A stretch of 64,000 nucleotides of DNA from an uncultured Desulfosarcina sp. (GCA_963674945.2 CAXXWQ010000002.1:64001-128000); one strand, 5' to 3'; positions 9,637 through 19,247 are shown, numbered from the stretch's first letter. The notes: generated from the letters alone by a model not told the origin. Numbers and translations are program-made.

Positions 9637-9671
9637 TATAATCAATCTTACGATTGCATCGGATAAACCCT

Positions 9672-10910
9672 ATGGAACGAAGAGTCGTCATTACCGGCGC
9701 GGCGGCCATCACTCCCATCGGCAGTTCCCGTGACAGCATGGTCAAAAGCCTGACCGAGGGGCGCTCCGGCGTTCGTCCCATGAAAGACGATGCGCTGTTG
9801 ACAACCCATCTGTACTGCAAGGTGTTCGGCACGGTCACCGATCCGCCAGTCTTCGATTTTCTTCGGCGGGATCGAAAGACCATGGGGCCGGTCTCCTACT
9901 ACGCCTGCCAGGTGGCCAAGACAGCCCTGGAACAATCGGGACTGTCCGAGGAGTTTATCCAAAGCGGCCGGCTGGGGGTGGCATTCGGCTCCACCCACGG
10001 CAGCCCGACGGTGCAGCGGGACATCTACCGTACCTTCTTCAGCGATGAGGCGGCCAAGCTCAAAACGGTGGGCGCCGTGGACTACTTAAAGTCCATGGTA
10101 CACACCACGGCGGTAAATATCACCAAGATGTTCGGTATTCGGGGGCGGGTGATCAGCTCCTCCACGGCCTGCACCACCTCCAGTCAATCCATCGGTTTCG
10201 GCTACGAGGCGGTGAAGTACGGTCTGCAGGACGCCATGCTCTGCGGCGGGGCCGACGAGTACGACACGACCACCGTGGCGGTTTTCGACAACCTTCTGGC
10301 CTGCTCCACCGATTACAACGATACCCCCCATCTGACGCCCCGGCCCTTCGATCGAAAGAGAGACGGCCTTGTGGTGGGGGAGGGGGGCGGCGCCCTCTTG
10401 CTGGAAGCGTTGGAATCGGCGAAGAAGCGGGGGGCAACCATCTACGGCGAGTTGATCGGCTTCTCCTGCTACAACAACGGGGGGGATCTGATCCTGCCCA
10501 ACCGGGACGGCATCACCCTGGCCATCGAAAAGGGTCTGGAAAACGCCCGCATTTCAGCCGAACAGGTGGACTGGATCAGTGCCCACGCCACGGCCACCAA
10601 GATGGGAGATGTCATCGAAGCCCAGGCCATCGCCGCCGTCTACGGCGATCGGCCATATGTTACCGGCCTGAAGGGATACATGGGGCATACCATGGGATCA
10701 TGCGGTGTCATCGAAACCATCACCGCCCTTTACCAGATGGCCGACGGGTTTATCGCACCCACCTTGAACCTGGATCAGGTGGACGACCGCTGTGCCATGA
10801 TCAACCACGTCACCCGTCTGGTGGAGGCACCCATTCGCATCGCCACCATTCAGAATTTTGCCTTCGGCGGGGTGAATACCTGTCTCTTCATCAGGCGATT
10901 TTCAGAATGA
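9672..10910 (+). CDS. Beta-ketoacyl-ACP synthase (FabF/FabB-like ketosynthase)
   Basis: RRVVITG, STACTTSSQSIG (Cys), SAHATAT (His), KGYMGHT (His), NFAFGGVN; ATG 9672. Confidence 0.95.
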   Translation: MERRVVITGAAAITPIGSSRDSMVKSLTEGRSGVRPMKDDALLTTHLYCKVFGTVTDPPVFDFLRRDRKTMGPVSYYACQVAKTALEQSGLSEEFIQSGRLGVAFGSTHGSPTVQRDIYRTFFSDEAAKLKTVGAVDYLKSMVHTTAVNITKMFGIRGRVISSSTACTTSSQSIGFGYEAVKYGLQDAMLCGGADEYDTTTVAVFDNLLACSTDYNDTPHLTPRPFDRKRDGLVVGEGGGALLLEALESAKKRGATIYGELIGFSCYNNGGDLILPNRDGITLAIEKGLENARISAEQVDWISAHATATKMGDVIEAQAIAAVYGDRPYVTGLKGYMGHTMGSCGVIETITALYQMADGFIAPTLNLDQVDDRCAMINHVTRLVEAPIRIATIQNFAFGGVNTCLFIRRFSE

Positions 10911-11698
10911 AAACGAGTGAACCATCCTTATTGACCAAATGGTATGGCACCATCGCGGACGTTTCCGTCACCTTGATGCTGTGGGCCTACTACACCGTCG
11001 GATTCATCGTCTTGTTTGCACCTCTGTACATCGGCGCATTTTTCGTCTCCAAGGATCTGGCACGTTCGTATCAACGGTTCAACAGCCGTTTCTACAGATG
11101 GTTTTTCGCGTTGCTGCGCCTTCTTGTCCCGGCCTGCCGTTGGCGGGTGGATCCGGCGGCCGAGAAGATCCGCGGGGCGGTGGTCGTGGCCAACCACATC
11201 TCCTATCTCGATCCGATCCTGCTCATCTCCCTTTACCCGCGTCACACCACCATTGCCAAACAAAGACTGTTCTTCATTCCCCTTTATGGCCGCATGCTTC
11301 GCCTCTCCGGCTATCTTCCCGCATCGGCGGACGGCCCGCTTTCGGATTTACTGGTGGACCGTATGGAACAAATGCCCGATTTCCTCCGACAGGGCGGAAA
11401 CCTCATTGTCTTTCCCGAGGGCACCCGAAGTCGTGATGGTCATATGAGTTCTTTCAACAAGGGTGCATTCAAGATCGCCCGCATGTGCAGCGCCCCGATC
11501 CATGTGCTGTACATGGAAAATACGGACCGCCTCTTTCGGCCGGGTCGGTTTCTGTTCGATACCCGATCGGCGAACGAGGTTCGCGTGACGCACCTCGGGT
11601 GCCTTACGCCCGCCGACGATCGTGGCGGTTCTTCCCTCGTCGCCCTGATGGACACTGTCCGTGGGCTTTTCGAAAATCACAGCATGGAGGCGCAATGA
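10907..11698 (+). CDS. PlsC-like 1-acyl-glycerol-3-phosphate acyltransferase (ApeD-like)
   Basis: NHISYLD and FPEGTRS motifs; ATGA overlap with the KS stop. Confidence 0.92.
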   Translation: MKTSEPSLLTKWYGTIADVSVTLMLWAYYTVGFIVLFAPLYIGAFFVSKDLARSYQRFNSRFYRWFFALLRLLVPACRWRVDPAAEKIRGAVVVANHISYLDPILLISLYPRHTTIAKQRLFFIPLYGRMLRLSGYLPASADGPLSDLLVDRMEQMPDFLRQGGNLIVFPEGTRSRDGHMSSFNKGAFKIARMCSAPIHVLYMENTDRLFRPGRFLFDTRSANEVRVTHLGCLTPADDRGGSSLVALMDTVRGLFENHSMEAQ

Positions 11699-13179
11699 AG
11701 ATCTTGCTATTGTCCATGCCTGACGTGGCACCGGTGATCATGCACGAGTCGGCCTTTCATATGCCCAACCTGGGAATTGCCAGCATCGGCGCCAACATCG
11801 ATCCGGGCCATGACGTCTACGTAGTGGACCTGATTCGAAAACGGACAGGGCTGAAAAAACACCTGGTCCGCATGCTGACCGCTATCCGGCCCGATCTCGT
11901 GGGGCTCTCCACCATGACCTGGCAATATGCCACATGCCTCAAGATCATCCGGCTGATCAAAATGATTTTGCCCGAGGCAAAGATCGTCATCGGCGGATAC
12001 CATGCCACGCTCATGGCCGAGGAGATTGCCGCGTCCGCCGATGCCACCGACATCGATTTCATGGTACGGGGGGAAGGGGAAGAGGCCTTCCGGCGCCTGG
12101 TGGCGGCGCTTTCGGATGAGGATCGACTGGAAGACATTCCCTCTATTTCCTACAATACCGATCATGGCTTCGTTCACAATCCCAAGGGCGACCTTCTGGA
12201 TCTTTCGCGCCTGAAATTGCCCATTCGGGACAGGCGGCGATTGACCTGGGGGTACCACATCATGAACCGCAACGCAGAGGTGATGGAGACATCCAGGGGA
12301 TGTACGCGCAATTGTAATTTCTGCAGCATCCGGCACATGTATGGCCGCGCCTTCCGTCACTTCCCGTTGAAACGAATCCTGGCGGATATCGACGACATCT
12401 ATTACCGCCGAAAGGTTCGCTGGATCTTCGTTTCCGATGACAACTTTGTGCTGGACCCGGATCGGGTGATTCGCATCTGCGACGCCATCATCGCCCGCGG
12501 GTATCGCAAACTCTATTTCGTGGTCCAGGCCGACTGCGTGACCATGTCCCGCAACGAGAAGATGGTCGAAAAGATGGCCCGGGCCGGTTTCAAGTCGATC
12601 TTCCTGGGCATGGAAAATGTTTCCAAGAAGAACCTGGCGACGGCGAACAAGGGTGACATCGTGGACGCCTCCAGAAAGGCGATTCAGCTTTGCCACAAGT
12701 ACGGGATCATGGTCGTGGGGGGCATGATCTTCGGTTTCCCGGACGACGGGGAAAAAGAGATCATCGAAAACTATCGCTTCCTCAAGTCCTCCGGCGCCGA
12801 TACAGCGTATTGTCAAATTCTCACCCCATACCCGAAGACCGGCATCCGAAAACAACTGATGGATCAGGCTCTGGTCACCAACCCTTTCGACTATTCCCGA
12901 TACAACGGCATGTGGGCCAACGTGAAAACCCGCCACCTTTCGTCGGAAGCGCTGCAGTACTATTTTTGGTACCATCACCAGAAGATCATGGGATGGTGGG
13001 CGCCATCACCCCACATTCGGGCCCAGAGCCGGCTGTGGACCTCCATCTGGATATACGCTTTCAAGCCGATCATGAAGATCATCGTGGCACGGGAACAGGA
13101 GCGATACGGCTGGCGGGGACGGTTCGAACGGGCCATGCGTGCCAGGGCCGCGGTCAACCGCTTTGAGGATTTGGACTGA
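11695..13179 (+). CDS. Cobalamin-binding radical SAM protein
   Basis: N-terminal B12-binding domain (PNLGIASI, IGGYHAT, RGEGEE), CTRNCNFC; GGAGG RBS and ATGA overlap. Confidence 0.93.
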   Translation: MKILLLSMPDVAPVIMHESAFHMPNLGIASIGANIDPGHDVYVVDLIRKRTGLKKHLVRMLTAIRPDLVGLSTMTWQYATCLKIIRLIKMILPEAKIVIGGYHATLMAEEIAASADATDIDFMVRGEGEEAFRRLVAALSDEDRLEDIPSISYNTDHGFVHNPKGDLLDLSRLKLPIRDRRRLTWGYHIMNRNAEVMETSRGCTRNCNFCSIRHMYGRAFRHFPLKRILADIDDIYYRRKVRWIFVSDDNFVLDPDRVIRICDAIIARGYRKLYFVVQADCVTMSRNEKMVEKMARAGFKSIFLGMENVSKKNLATANKGDIVDASRKAIQLCHKYGIMVVGGMIFGFPDDGEKEIIENYRFLKSSGADTAYCQILTPYPKTGIRKQLMDQALVTNPFDYSRYNGMWANVKTRHLSSEALQYYFWYHHQKIMGWWAPSPHIRAQSRLWTSIWIYAFKPIMKIIVAREQERYGWRGRFERAMRARAAVNRFEDLD

Positions 13180-13198
13180 AGAAGAAAAAGAAAACAAC

Positions 13199-13816
13199 GT
13201 GGGCAACTACGAAAAAATCACCGAAAGTAACCTGAAACGGTTGTACGACAATCCGCCGACGGATCTTGCGAAGCGTCTTCCAGGAAAGAAAAAAGAAGAG
13301 CGTTTTACGTTTTCCGCCTTCGGCCGGACCTGCCGTCTCTCACCTGACGGAATCCTGCTGGATGGTGAGAAACCACCGGGTGTGATCGCAATTCTCCTTT
13401 CCCTGTACGCCCTTCATGTGACACCCGAGGCGCCAGTTCTCGAACCCCTGCGGGCTTTTAAAGAACTTCCCAATTCTTCACCCTACGTGGGGGCCTTTTC
13501 CTCGCACACGGAACAGATTCTGGTGCCGGCGGTTCATCGCATCAAGGACCGGATCGATTCTATCGTTTCCCATTTGTCAGGCCGGGATGCCCCCGATTCG
13601 GTGGGCGGGGATTTCGCTTTCGTGGTGCGCCCCCTGCCCAAGATTTCTCTCTGCTATATCTTCTACGAGGACGATGAGGATTTTCCGCCGTCGGTAACCT
13701 GTCTTTTCTCCAGCAACGCCCACCGGTTCATGCCCATGGATGGGTTGGCCGATGTGGGGGAGTACACGTCGAAGACGATTTTGTCTTTGCTTCAGCCCAC
13801 GCTCAGGGATTGGTGA
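13199..13816 (+). CDS. DUF3786-like protein
   Basis: AFKELP..YVGAF and PLPKISLCYIFYEDDEDFPPSVTCLFSSNA pattern; GTG 13199. Confidence 0.7.
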   Translation: MGNYEKITESNLKRLYDNPPTDLAKRLPGKKKEERFTFSAFGRTCRLSPDGILLDGEKPPGVIAILLSLYALHVTPEAPVLEPLRAFKELPNSSPYVGAFSSHTEQILVPAVHRIKDRIDSIVSHLSGRDAPDSVGGDFAFVVRPLPKISLCYIFYEDDEDFPPSVTCLFSSNAHRFMPMDGLADVGEYTSKTILSLLQPTLRDW

Positions 13817-14025
13817 TAGATTACCATCCGATGTACCATGCATTGATATTCGAGCTTCTGCGGAAGACATTCTTGAATCAGTTAATAAATCGAGATCAAA
13901 AAGTTGAGCATGTTGCCAGATCTGCGTGTTTTGCTAATAGCCATTGGAAATAGAGATCCAATTTTCTTTTGATACTGACGCTTATCTGTACTTTTGATCC
14001 AGTTGCGATTCGGTATTGCTATCCA

Positions 14026-15099
14026 TTAATAGTATCGTGGCGGGTAATACGCGCCCCATTTACTACCGATAATTTTCCTGCCACATGAAAGCTTTTGGTC
14101 CAAGCTTTCGAGGCTCGCGAAGGGGCCCGACATCGAATTGATTCCAGTATAGCTGGAAACCAGAAGGTATTGCCCATCTTCGAGGATAACACCTGCACCG
14201 GTATGAAGTCCATCCCAGGGATCGTCATACCATTTTACACTTCTCATAAATGTTTTATAGCCGGAACGCTTTAGCATGAACTGTGCGAAATATGCCGCGT
14301 CCGTGCACTGCGCCTTCTTTTCGAAGAAGGTAGCGTAGACACCGCTGGCTTGGGTTTTGCGAAAAGAAAAATACTTGTTGATATAGTAGCTGACAAGTTC
14401 CGGGGAGTTCAACCTTTCGGCAACCGTATAAAATACCTTCCAGCGGGATTGATCGATAGCAGTTTCAATTTGCGGCCAATCATTGATGTTGAAAATCTTT
14501 CGTTTCCTAATGAAATCATCCATGATATAATTTTGGAGTTGTAGGTCATCATGCCGTTTTACGAGAAACGCATATTCTTCCGCCTCTGATTGAGTCTGAA
14601 TCCTGCTAATGATCAGGTGGATGTTTGAACGTTTCATCAACAGACTCTCCTCATTCCATGCCGCATTAAGGATTTTTTCTAGAGTGTAGTGCTGGTAGTG
14701 TCCGGTCGAATCGCTTTGTTCCTTCCTGGATTCTATTTCTAAGATTAGATGGGGTCTGCATTCACCCTTTTCGTCGGTTCTTTTTTCAATTTTAAGGCCC
14801 AAGAGTCTGCCGGAAGCACCCATCTTTTCGTCTTGGATCAGCCAGAACAATGCCTGCAGAGGGGAACAATAGTTCCGTTGTGCCGGCATGCCTATCTCAT
14901 CCATAGCTTTAAAAATTCTATTAAACCTATCGGGGACGAACTGGTAGATTTTGAGCAGGTTGAAAAGGGCTATACATGAAGAATCGGTTCTGAACTTCCT
15001 AATCTCTGGAATCTTCTTCACTTCATATGCCAAATTGGGATTTAAACGGTTGAGTGTGGAAAGGCTATTTTCTATAGAGGGAACAAGCATCATTTTCAT
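14026..15099 (-). CDS. Hypothetical protein with C-terminal transglutaminase-like Cys/His motif
   Basis: 357-aa ORF; KKAQCTDAAYFAQFMLKRSGY followed by GLHTGAGV; no clear RBS, so the start is uncertain. Confidence 0.55.
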   Translation of the reverse strand: MKMMLVPSIENSLSTLNRLNPNLAYEVKKIPEIRKFRTDSSCIALFNLLKIYQFVPDRFNRIFKAMDEIGMPAQRNYCSPLQALFWLIQDEKMGASGRLLGLKIEKRTDEKGECRPHLILEIESRKEQSDSTGHYQHYTLEKILNAAWNEESLLMKRSNIHLIISRIQTQSEAEEYAFLVKRHDDLQLQNYIMDDFIRKRKIFNINDWPQIETAIDQSRWKVFYTVAERLNSPELVSYYINKYFSFRKTQASGVYATFFEKKAQCTDAAYFAQFMLKRSGYKTFMRSVKWYDDPWDGLHTGAGVILEDGQYLLVSSYTGINSMSGPFASLESLDQKLSCGRKIIGSKWGAYYPPRYY

Positions 15100-15140
15100 T
15101 CAATAACCATTCAATGCCGTAGGTGAACCGCCGTTTGTTA

Positions 15141-16517
15141 TTATAAACACTGTGTGTCAAAGAAGGCTTGCCGCACCACGGCAGGAACGTTTGTTGCCGC
15201 ATCATCGAAATTGCCACTTATTCTGAAGTCGGATTCTTTCTCATCAAAAAAGAAAGCTTTATCTCCGAAGGCAGGCCTCAATTCGTCAATCCAGCTTGCA
15301 TTTTTATCAAATTCAGCGAAAAATGGTTTTTTCACCCAGTCGGCAGATCGGCCTTGGATGAAAGACATGGAGATATACTTTTTCCCGTTTATTTCAGGAA
15401 TTCCGTCTATTTTAATCTTCCCGTGGCGTGCTGACATACTCGGTCCCCTGACCGTCCTTGCCATTCCGCTAACCTGACTAAAAGCCTTTTTAAAGATACG
15501 ATACGCATCAACCAAAGGAATGGAAAAAAACCTGTGGGAACCGGTATTTCTGGGCACAAACATATAATATGGAATGATGCCCATGTTCACCTGATCCTCC
15601 CACATTTTTTTCCAGACAGCGGGAATGGCGTTTACATTATTGAGCAGCGGGGATTGCGACCTGATTACGGCGCCGGTTTGCCTGATGCGTTTCACTGCCT
15701 CACGAAAGGCAACGGTGGACATCTCGCGATGATGATTAATATGCGCCATTATGGAAAGATGAATTCCAGAATCGACCACTTTTCTAAAAAGTTCCAAAAT
15801 CTTATCTGAATCTTCATCAGTCAGGTATCTGTAGGGCCAGAAAGAGAGGGACTTGGTCCCGATTCGTATTGTTTTTAGATTGGACAATCCTGAATTCAGC
15901 AGGACATTGATGTATGTTTCCAGGCGTTTCGCCTTCATTATCATGGGATCTCCACCGGTAAGAAGCACATCGGTAACTTCACGATGCCTGCTGAGATACA
16001 ATGCAGATAATGCCGCTTGTTTCAATGCGATCTTATGATCGTTCATTCCGACAAACTGCGGCCATCGGAAACAGAATGTGCAGTAGGCATGGCAGGTCTG
16101 CCCCTGGGCTGGAAATAGCAGTACGGTTTCCCTGTATTTATGCTGGATGCCATCGACTCGATTCCCATCCAGCTCAGGAATATTGCATTCAAGTTGACCG
16201 GCCGGGTGCGGATTAAGCCCAAGCCGAATTCTTTTGATCGTCCGGTTGATGAGGGATTTGTCCGTACCGTTTTTTAAAATGCTGGATACCAGATCGAAGT
16301 TCTTTTGGGAAATCAGTTCTTTGTGCGGGAAATTGATCATGAACAAAGGATCATGTGCAACATTGTCCCAATCGATTAATTCATTAACCACATAATTATT
16401 GGTCTTAAATGGTAAGACTCTAGAAACGACATCGATATCGGAGATAGTAGCTTTTTCAAGTCTTCTTACCTGCTCTATCTTTTTGTAATTTTTCCGTGTA
16501 AACGGTTCATATTTCAT
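15141..16517 (-). CDS. KamA-family radical SAM (lysine 2,3-aminomutase-like)
   Basis: QHKYRETVL, CHAYCTFCFRW, VLLTGGDPM, PYYMF, GPSMSARHGK. Confidence 0.9.
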   Translation of the reverse strand: MKYEPFTRKNYKKIEQVRRLEKATISDIDVVSRVLPFKTNNYVVNELIDWDNVAHDPLFMINFPHKELISQKNFDLVSSILKNGTDKSLINRTIKRIRLGLNPHPAGQLECNIPELDGNRVDGIQHKYRETVLLFPAQGQTCHAYCTFCFRWPQFVGMNDHKIALKQAALSALYLSRHREVTDVLLTGGDPMIMKAKRLETYINVLLNSGLSNLKTIRIGTKSLSFWPYRYLTDEDSDKILELFRKVVDSGIHLSIMAHINHHREMSTVAFREAVKRIRQTGAVIRSQSPLLNNVNAIPAVWKKMWEDQVNMGIIPYYMFVPRNTGSHRFFSIPLVDAYRIFKKAFSQVSGMARTVRGPSMSARHGKIKIDGIPEINGKKYISMSFIQGRSADWVKKPFFAEFDKNASWIDELRPAFGDKAFFFDEKESDFRISGNFDDAATNVPAVVRQAFFDTQCL

Positions 16518-16648
16518 AGAGTTATGCTTCGTCGGATGAGCCTTTCTGAAAGGCATCGATAATTGCGGAAGAAACCTGCCGGATCGTTGTTTTCGTGTGA
16601 GTCGAAAAGAGTAGTGCTCTGTCCGTTTTGATCGCTATTCAAAGATAA

Positions 16649-17011
16649 CTATCGATTGATCTCATCCCTAATTGACTCCCAGATGTTGTTGACTTCTTCA
16701 CGCCAGCCATTCACGAATGCGTCATTGTGGACCCATTTGAATCTCTTTGATTCTTCTGGACATATCTTTTCAAGTGAGGTGAAATAAATACTCCTCATAA
16801 GAGAAAAATAATTCGCATCATGCTTGGCGTTGGAACGCTTAACAGCATCCTTGAGTTCTTGGTAAGATGCCTTGCGAACCCATCTTTCCGCGATCCGCTT
16901 CCCCGTTTTAAAAGCTTCATTGATACCTTCGGATTGGCGATCCAACATTACAGATTCCTTCAATTCGATCGCCGCTTTTTCAGCCTTTAATTTTTCAACC
17001 ACCTTTTTCAT
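16649..17011 (-). CDS. Hypothetical protein
   Basis: 120-aa helical ORF with AAGG upstream; no motif recognised. Confidence 0.6.
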   Translation of the reverse strand: MKKVVEKLKAEKAAIELKESVMLDRQSEGINEAFKTGKRIAERWVRKASYQELKDAVKRSNAKHDANYFSLMRSIYFTSLEKICPEESKRFKWVHNDAFVNGWREEVNNIWESIRDEINR

Positions 17012-17084
17012 GTCTTGCCTTTATACTGTGTCGTTTCAGTCTCTAAACGACGGAGATTTTGTGTTTATTGCAGAGCATTGGGTC

Positions 17085-17169
17085 TAATACCCCGCCGCTT
17101 GCGCCGATAAAATTGATTGAGCTCAATCATTCGTTGATACTCCGTCCGCTTACGGCTGTGCAGTTCATT
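17085..17169. repeat. Degenerate IS200/IS605-end-like palindromic repeat remnant
   Basis: Two related motifs TAATACCCCGCCGCTTGCG and GATACTCCGTCCGCTTACGG...AGTTCATT around a perfect palindrome TGATTGAGCTCAATCA (17114-17129). Confidence 0.45.
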
Positions 17170-17258
17170 TTAAACCAAGGCAGGTAAGTCGACGATGGGA
17201 TCGCTAACCACCAATATTCTTTTAGACGTGTGGATGATTGATCGGTATGGAGCAGATG

Positions 17259-17285
17259 GCATCCCCTCGGACTACAAAGGGATGC
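17259..17285 (-). terminator. Hairpin downstream of csp
   Basis: GCATCCC...GGGATGC inverted repeat ~22 nt after the csp stop; no strong U-tract. Confidence 0.4.
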
Positions 17286-17307
17286 TGGATCGAATGACAG
17301 CTATCGA

Positions 17308-17508
17308 CTATACGGCTGTGACATTTTTGGCGGAAGGGCCCTTCGGTCCTTGCTCTACATCAAAGGTTACGCGGTCACCTTCGTTGAGGGATTTGAAGCC
17401 AGTTGAATTGATCGCTGAATGATGAACAAAGACATCTGTTCCATCTTCCTGCTCAATGAATCCGAATCCTTTGCGATCATTGAACCACTTAACTGTTCCA
17501 TTGGCCAT
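17308..17508 (-). CDS. csp: Cold-shock protein (CspA family)
   Basis: [33 protein letters not shown] (RNP1/RNP2), 66 aa, AAGGAGG RBS. Confidence 0.97.
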   Translation of the reverse strand: MANGTVKWFNDRKGFGFIEQEDGTDVFVHHSAINSTGFKSLNEGDRVTFDVEQGPKGPSAKNVTAV

Positions 17509-17512
17509 GATA

Positions 17513-17671
17513 GCATCCTCCTTTCTTATACTATTTTCAATGTCACTGACTGGAGGGTGCCATTTTTGCAAATGGTATTAACCTACAGAGAGGATCCGTC
17601 CTGAAGTGAAACAAATATAGACAGGACTTGATTGAATGTCTCAATAATAACCTGTTTTGCATATTAAGCAA
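17513..17671 (-). promoter_or_regulatory. csp promoter and structured 5' leader (copy 1)
   Basis: TTGCTT-N16-TATTAT (17671-17644); ~125-nt leader with GTCCTG/CAGGAC stem and CCCTCC complementary to the GGAGG RBS; homologous to 19248-19408. Confidence 0.65.
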
Positions 17672-17703
17672 GTTAAATATTTGATCGACGCAATATTAGC
17701 TGC

Positions 17704-18936
17704 CTATGCAAGTTTTCTCGCTGCCGATATTCTTCTATCATATCTTTTTCTTCCATTACAAAATTTCGATGCGGTTTTTTTATTTTCCTGCGAGCGACAA
17801 ACAAAATTGGATGATGCTCCACCGTAATTAATCGTTGGTAAAATTCTTTGCTCGATTTTAGAACCAATTGCTCGACGAATTGCATGAACTATTTTTTTAT
17901 CTTCATCGGTAATGAAAGTAAACGCTTCGCCGCTGCAAGTTGCGCGGCCTGTTCGTCCTATTCGGTGGATATATGCATCTGGTGTGGAAGGGATGTCATA
18001 ATTAATAACATGTGAAATCCTATTCACATCGATACCGCGTGCTGCGATATCGGTTGCTACCAAGATCTTGAATTTTCCGTCGCGAAAGCCATCAAGTGAA
18101 GCCTGTCTGCGCGACTGGGAGAGATTCCCCTGTAGTGCTGCCGATGCATATCCTGCAGTTGAAAGCTTTTTGCCTAAGTTTTTGGCACGATGTTTTGTTC
18201 TGGTAAAAACCAGGACCGATTTCGTATCTGTGTTTTCAAGCAGAGTTAGCAGTAGTGCTGTTTTTAAATGCTGAGCTACCGGGTAAAATGCATGGCTGAC
18301 GGTATCTGCAGGGGCGGTGGCACCAACCTGGACAATAGCGGGATCATTCAAAATGCTTCCAGTTAATCGTCGAATTTCGGGTGGCATGGTTGCTGAGAAG
18401 ACAAGAGTCTGACGTTTTTCGGGAACATGGTTGAGAATCTGCCGGATATCCGGAAAAAATCCCATATCCAGCATATGGTCGGCTTCATCCAAAACTAGTG
18501 TTTCCAGTTGGGAAAGATCGATGCTTTGGCGTCGAATATGATCGAGAAGACGACCAGGACAAGCAACAACAACATCTGCCCGTTTCACTTTTTGAATCTG
18601 CTGATGGATTCCTACGCCTCCGTAGATAGCAATGCTTCTAATACATGTCCGACTTCCAAGAACTTCAACTGTTTGATGTATTTGTTCAGCCAACTCGCGA
18701 GTCGGTGCGATAATCAGGGCTCGAATGGGTCCTTGGTTGCTCTTTACTAACCGGTGGAGAATCGGCAGAATGAACGCTGCAGTCTTGCCAGTGCCGGTTT
18801 GTGCCAGCCCCATCACATCACAGCCGTTTTGTATATACGGAATAACTCGTGCTTGAATAGGGGTCGGGTTTTCATAGCCTGCTGCGGCAATACCTGTGGA
18901 AATCAATGGATGAAAAGTAAAAGCTTTAAAGTTCAA
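17704..18936 (-). CDS. DEAD-box RNA helicase (RhlE-like)
   Basis: Q motif PTPIQ, AQTGTGKT, PTRELA, DEAD, SAT, ARGID, HRIGRTGR; TTG start. Confidence 0.96.
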   Translation of the reverse strand: MNFKAFTFHPLISTGIAAAGYENPTPIQARVIPYIQNGCDVMGLAQTGTGKTAAFILPILHRLVKSNQGPIRALIIAPTRELAEQIHQTVEVLGSRTCIRSIAIYGGVGIHQQIQKVKRADVVVACPGRLLDHIRRQSIDLSQLETLVLDEADHMLDMGFFPDIRQILNHVPEKRQTLVFSATMPPEIRRLTGSILNDPAIVQVGATAPADTVSHAFYPVAQHLKTALLLTLLENTDTKSVLVFTRTKHRAKNLGKKLSTAGYASAALQGNLSQSRRQASLDGFRDGKFKILVATDIAARGIDVNRISHVINYDIPSTPDAYIHRIGRTGRATCSGEAFTFITDEDKKIVHAIRRAIGSKIEQRILPTINYGGASSNFVCRSQENKKTASKFCNGRKRYDRRISAARKLA

Positions 18937-18960
18937 TAAGTACCTTCTTTCTGTGCTCCA

Positions 18961-18992
18961 AACAAAAAAGCCCCGGAGAAATTCCGGGGCTT
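18961..18992 (-). terminator. Intrinsic terminator in the helicase 5' leader
   Basis: Minus strand AAGCCCCGGA-ATTTC-TCCGGGGCTT, whose terminal TT starts a T6 run followed by GTTT. Confidence 0.8.
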
Positions 18993-19036
18993 ACGTGATT
19001 TTTAGTTACAACCAGGAACACTATTAGTTGCCGATG

Positions 19037-19065
19037 ACTATACAAGGAATAAAATTTGCTGTCAA
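19037..19065 (-). promoter_or_regulatory. Sigma70-type promoter for the DEAD-box helicase
   Basis: TTGACA-N17-TATAGT, near consensus. Confidence 0.75.
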
Positions 19066-19247
19066 GCGATTTCCATGTATCCATCCAATTGCATTTTTTT
19101 GTAAAATAAGGATTCCATATCAAAGCTATCTTGGATAGGCTATGGTGTGAGTATAGCGTTTTTTGAACAAAAACCTTACTGCATTTTACACTTCTTTGGA
19201 ACAACTGATTGAATTTGCATCATTAATAAGTATTTTAAGAATTTAAT

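Noticed and set aside
13840..13910. Short frame ASAEDILESVNKSRSKS resembling an IS630 transposase C-terminus
   Set aside because: Too short and weak to support without a search
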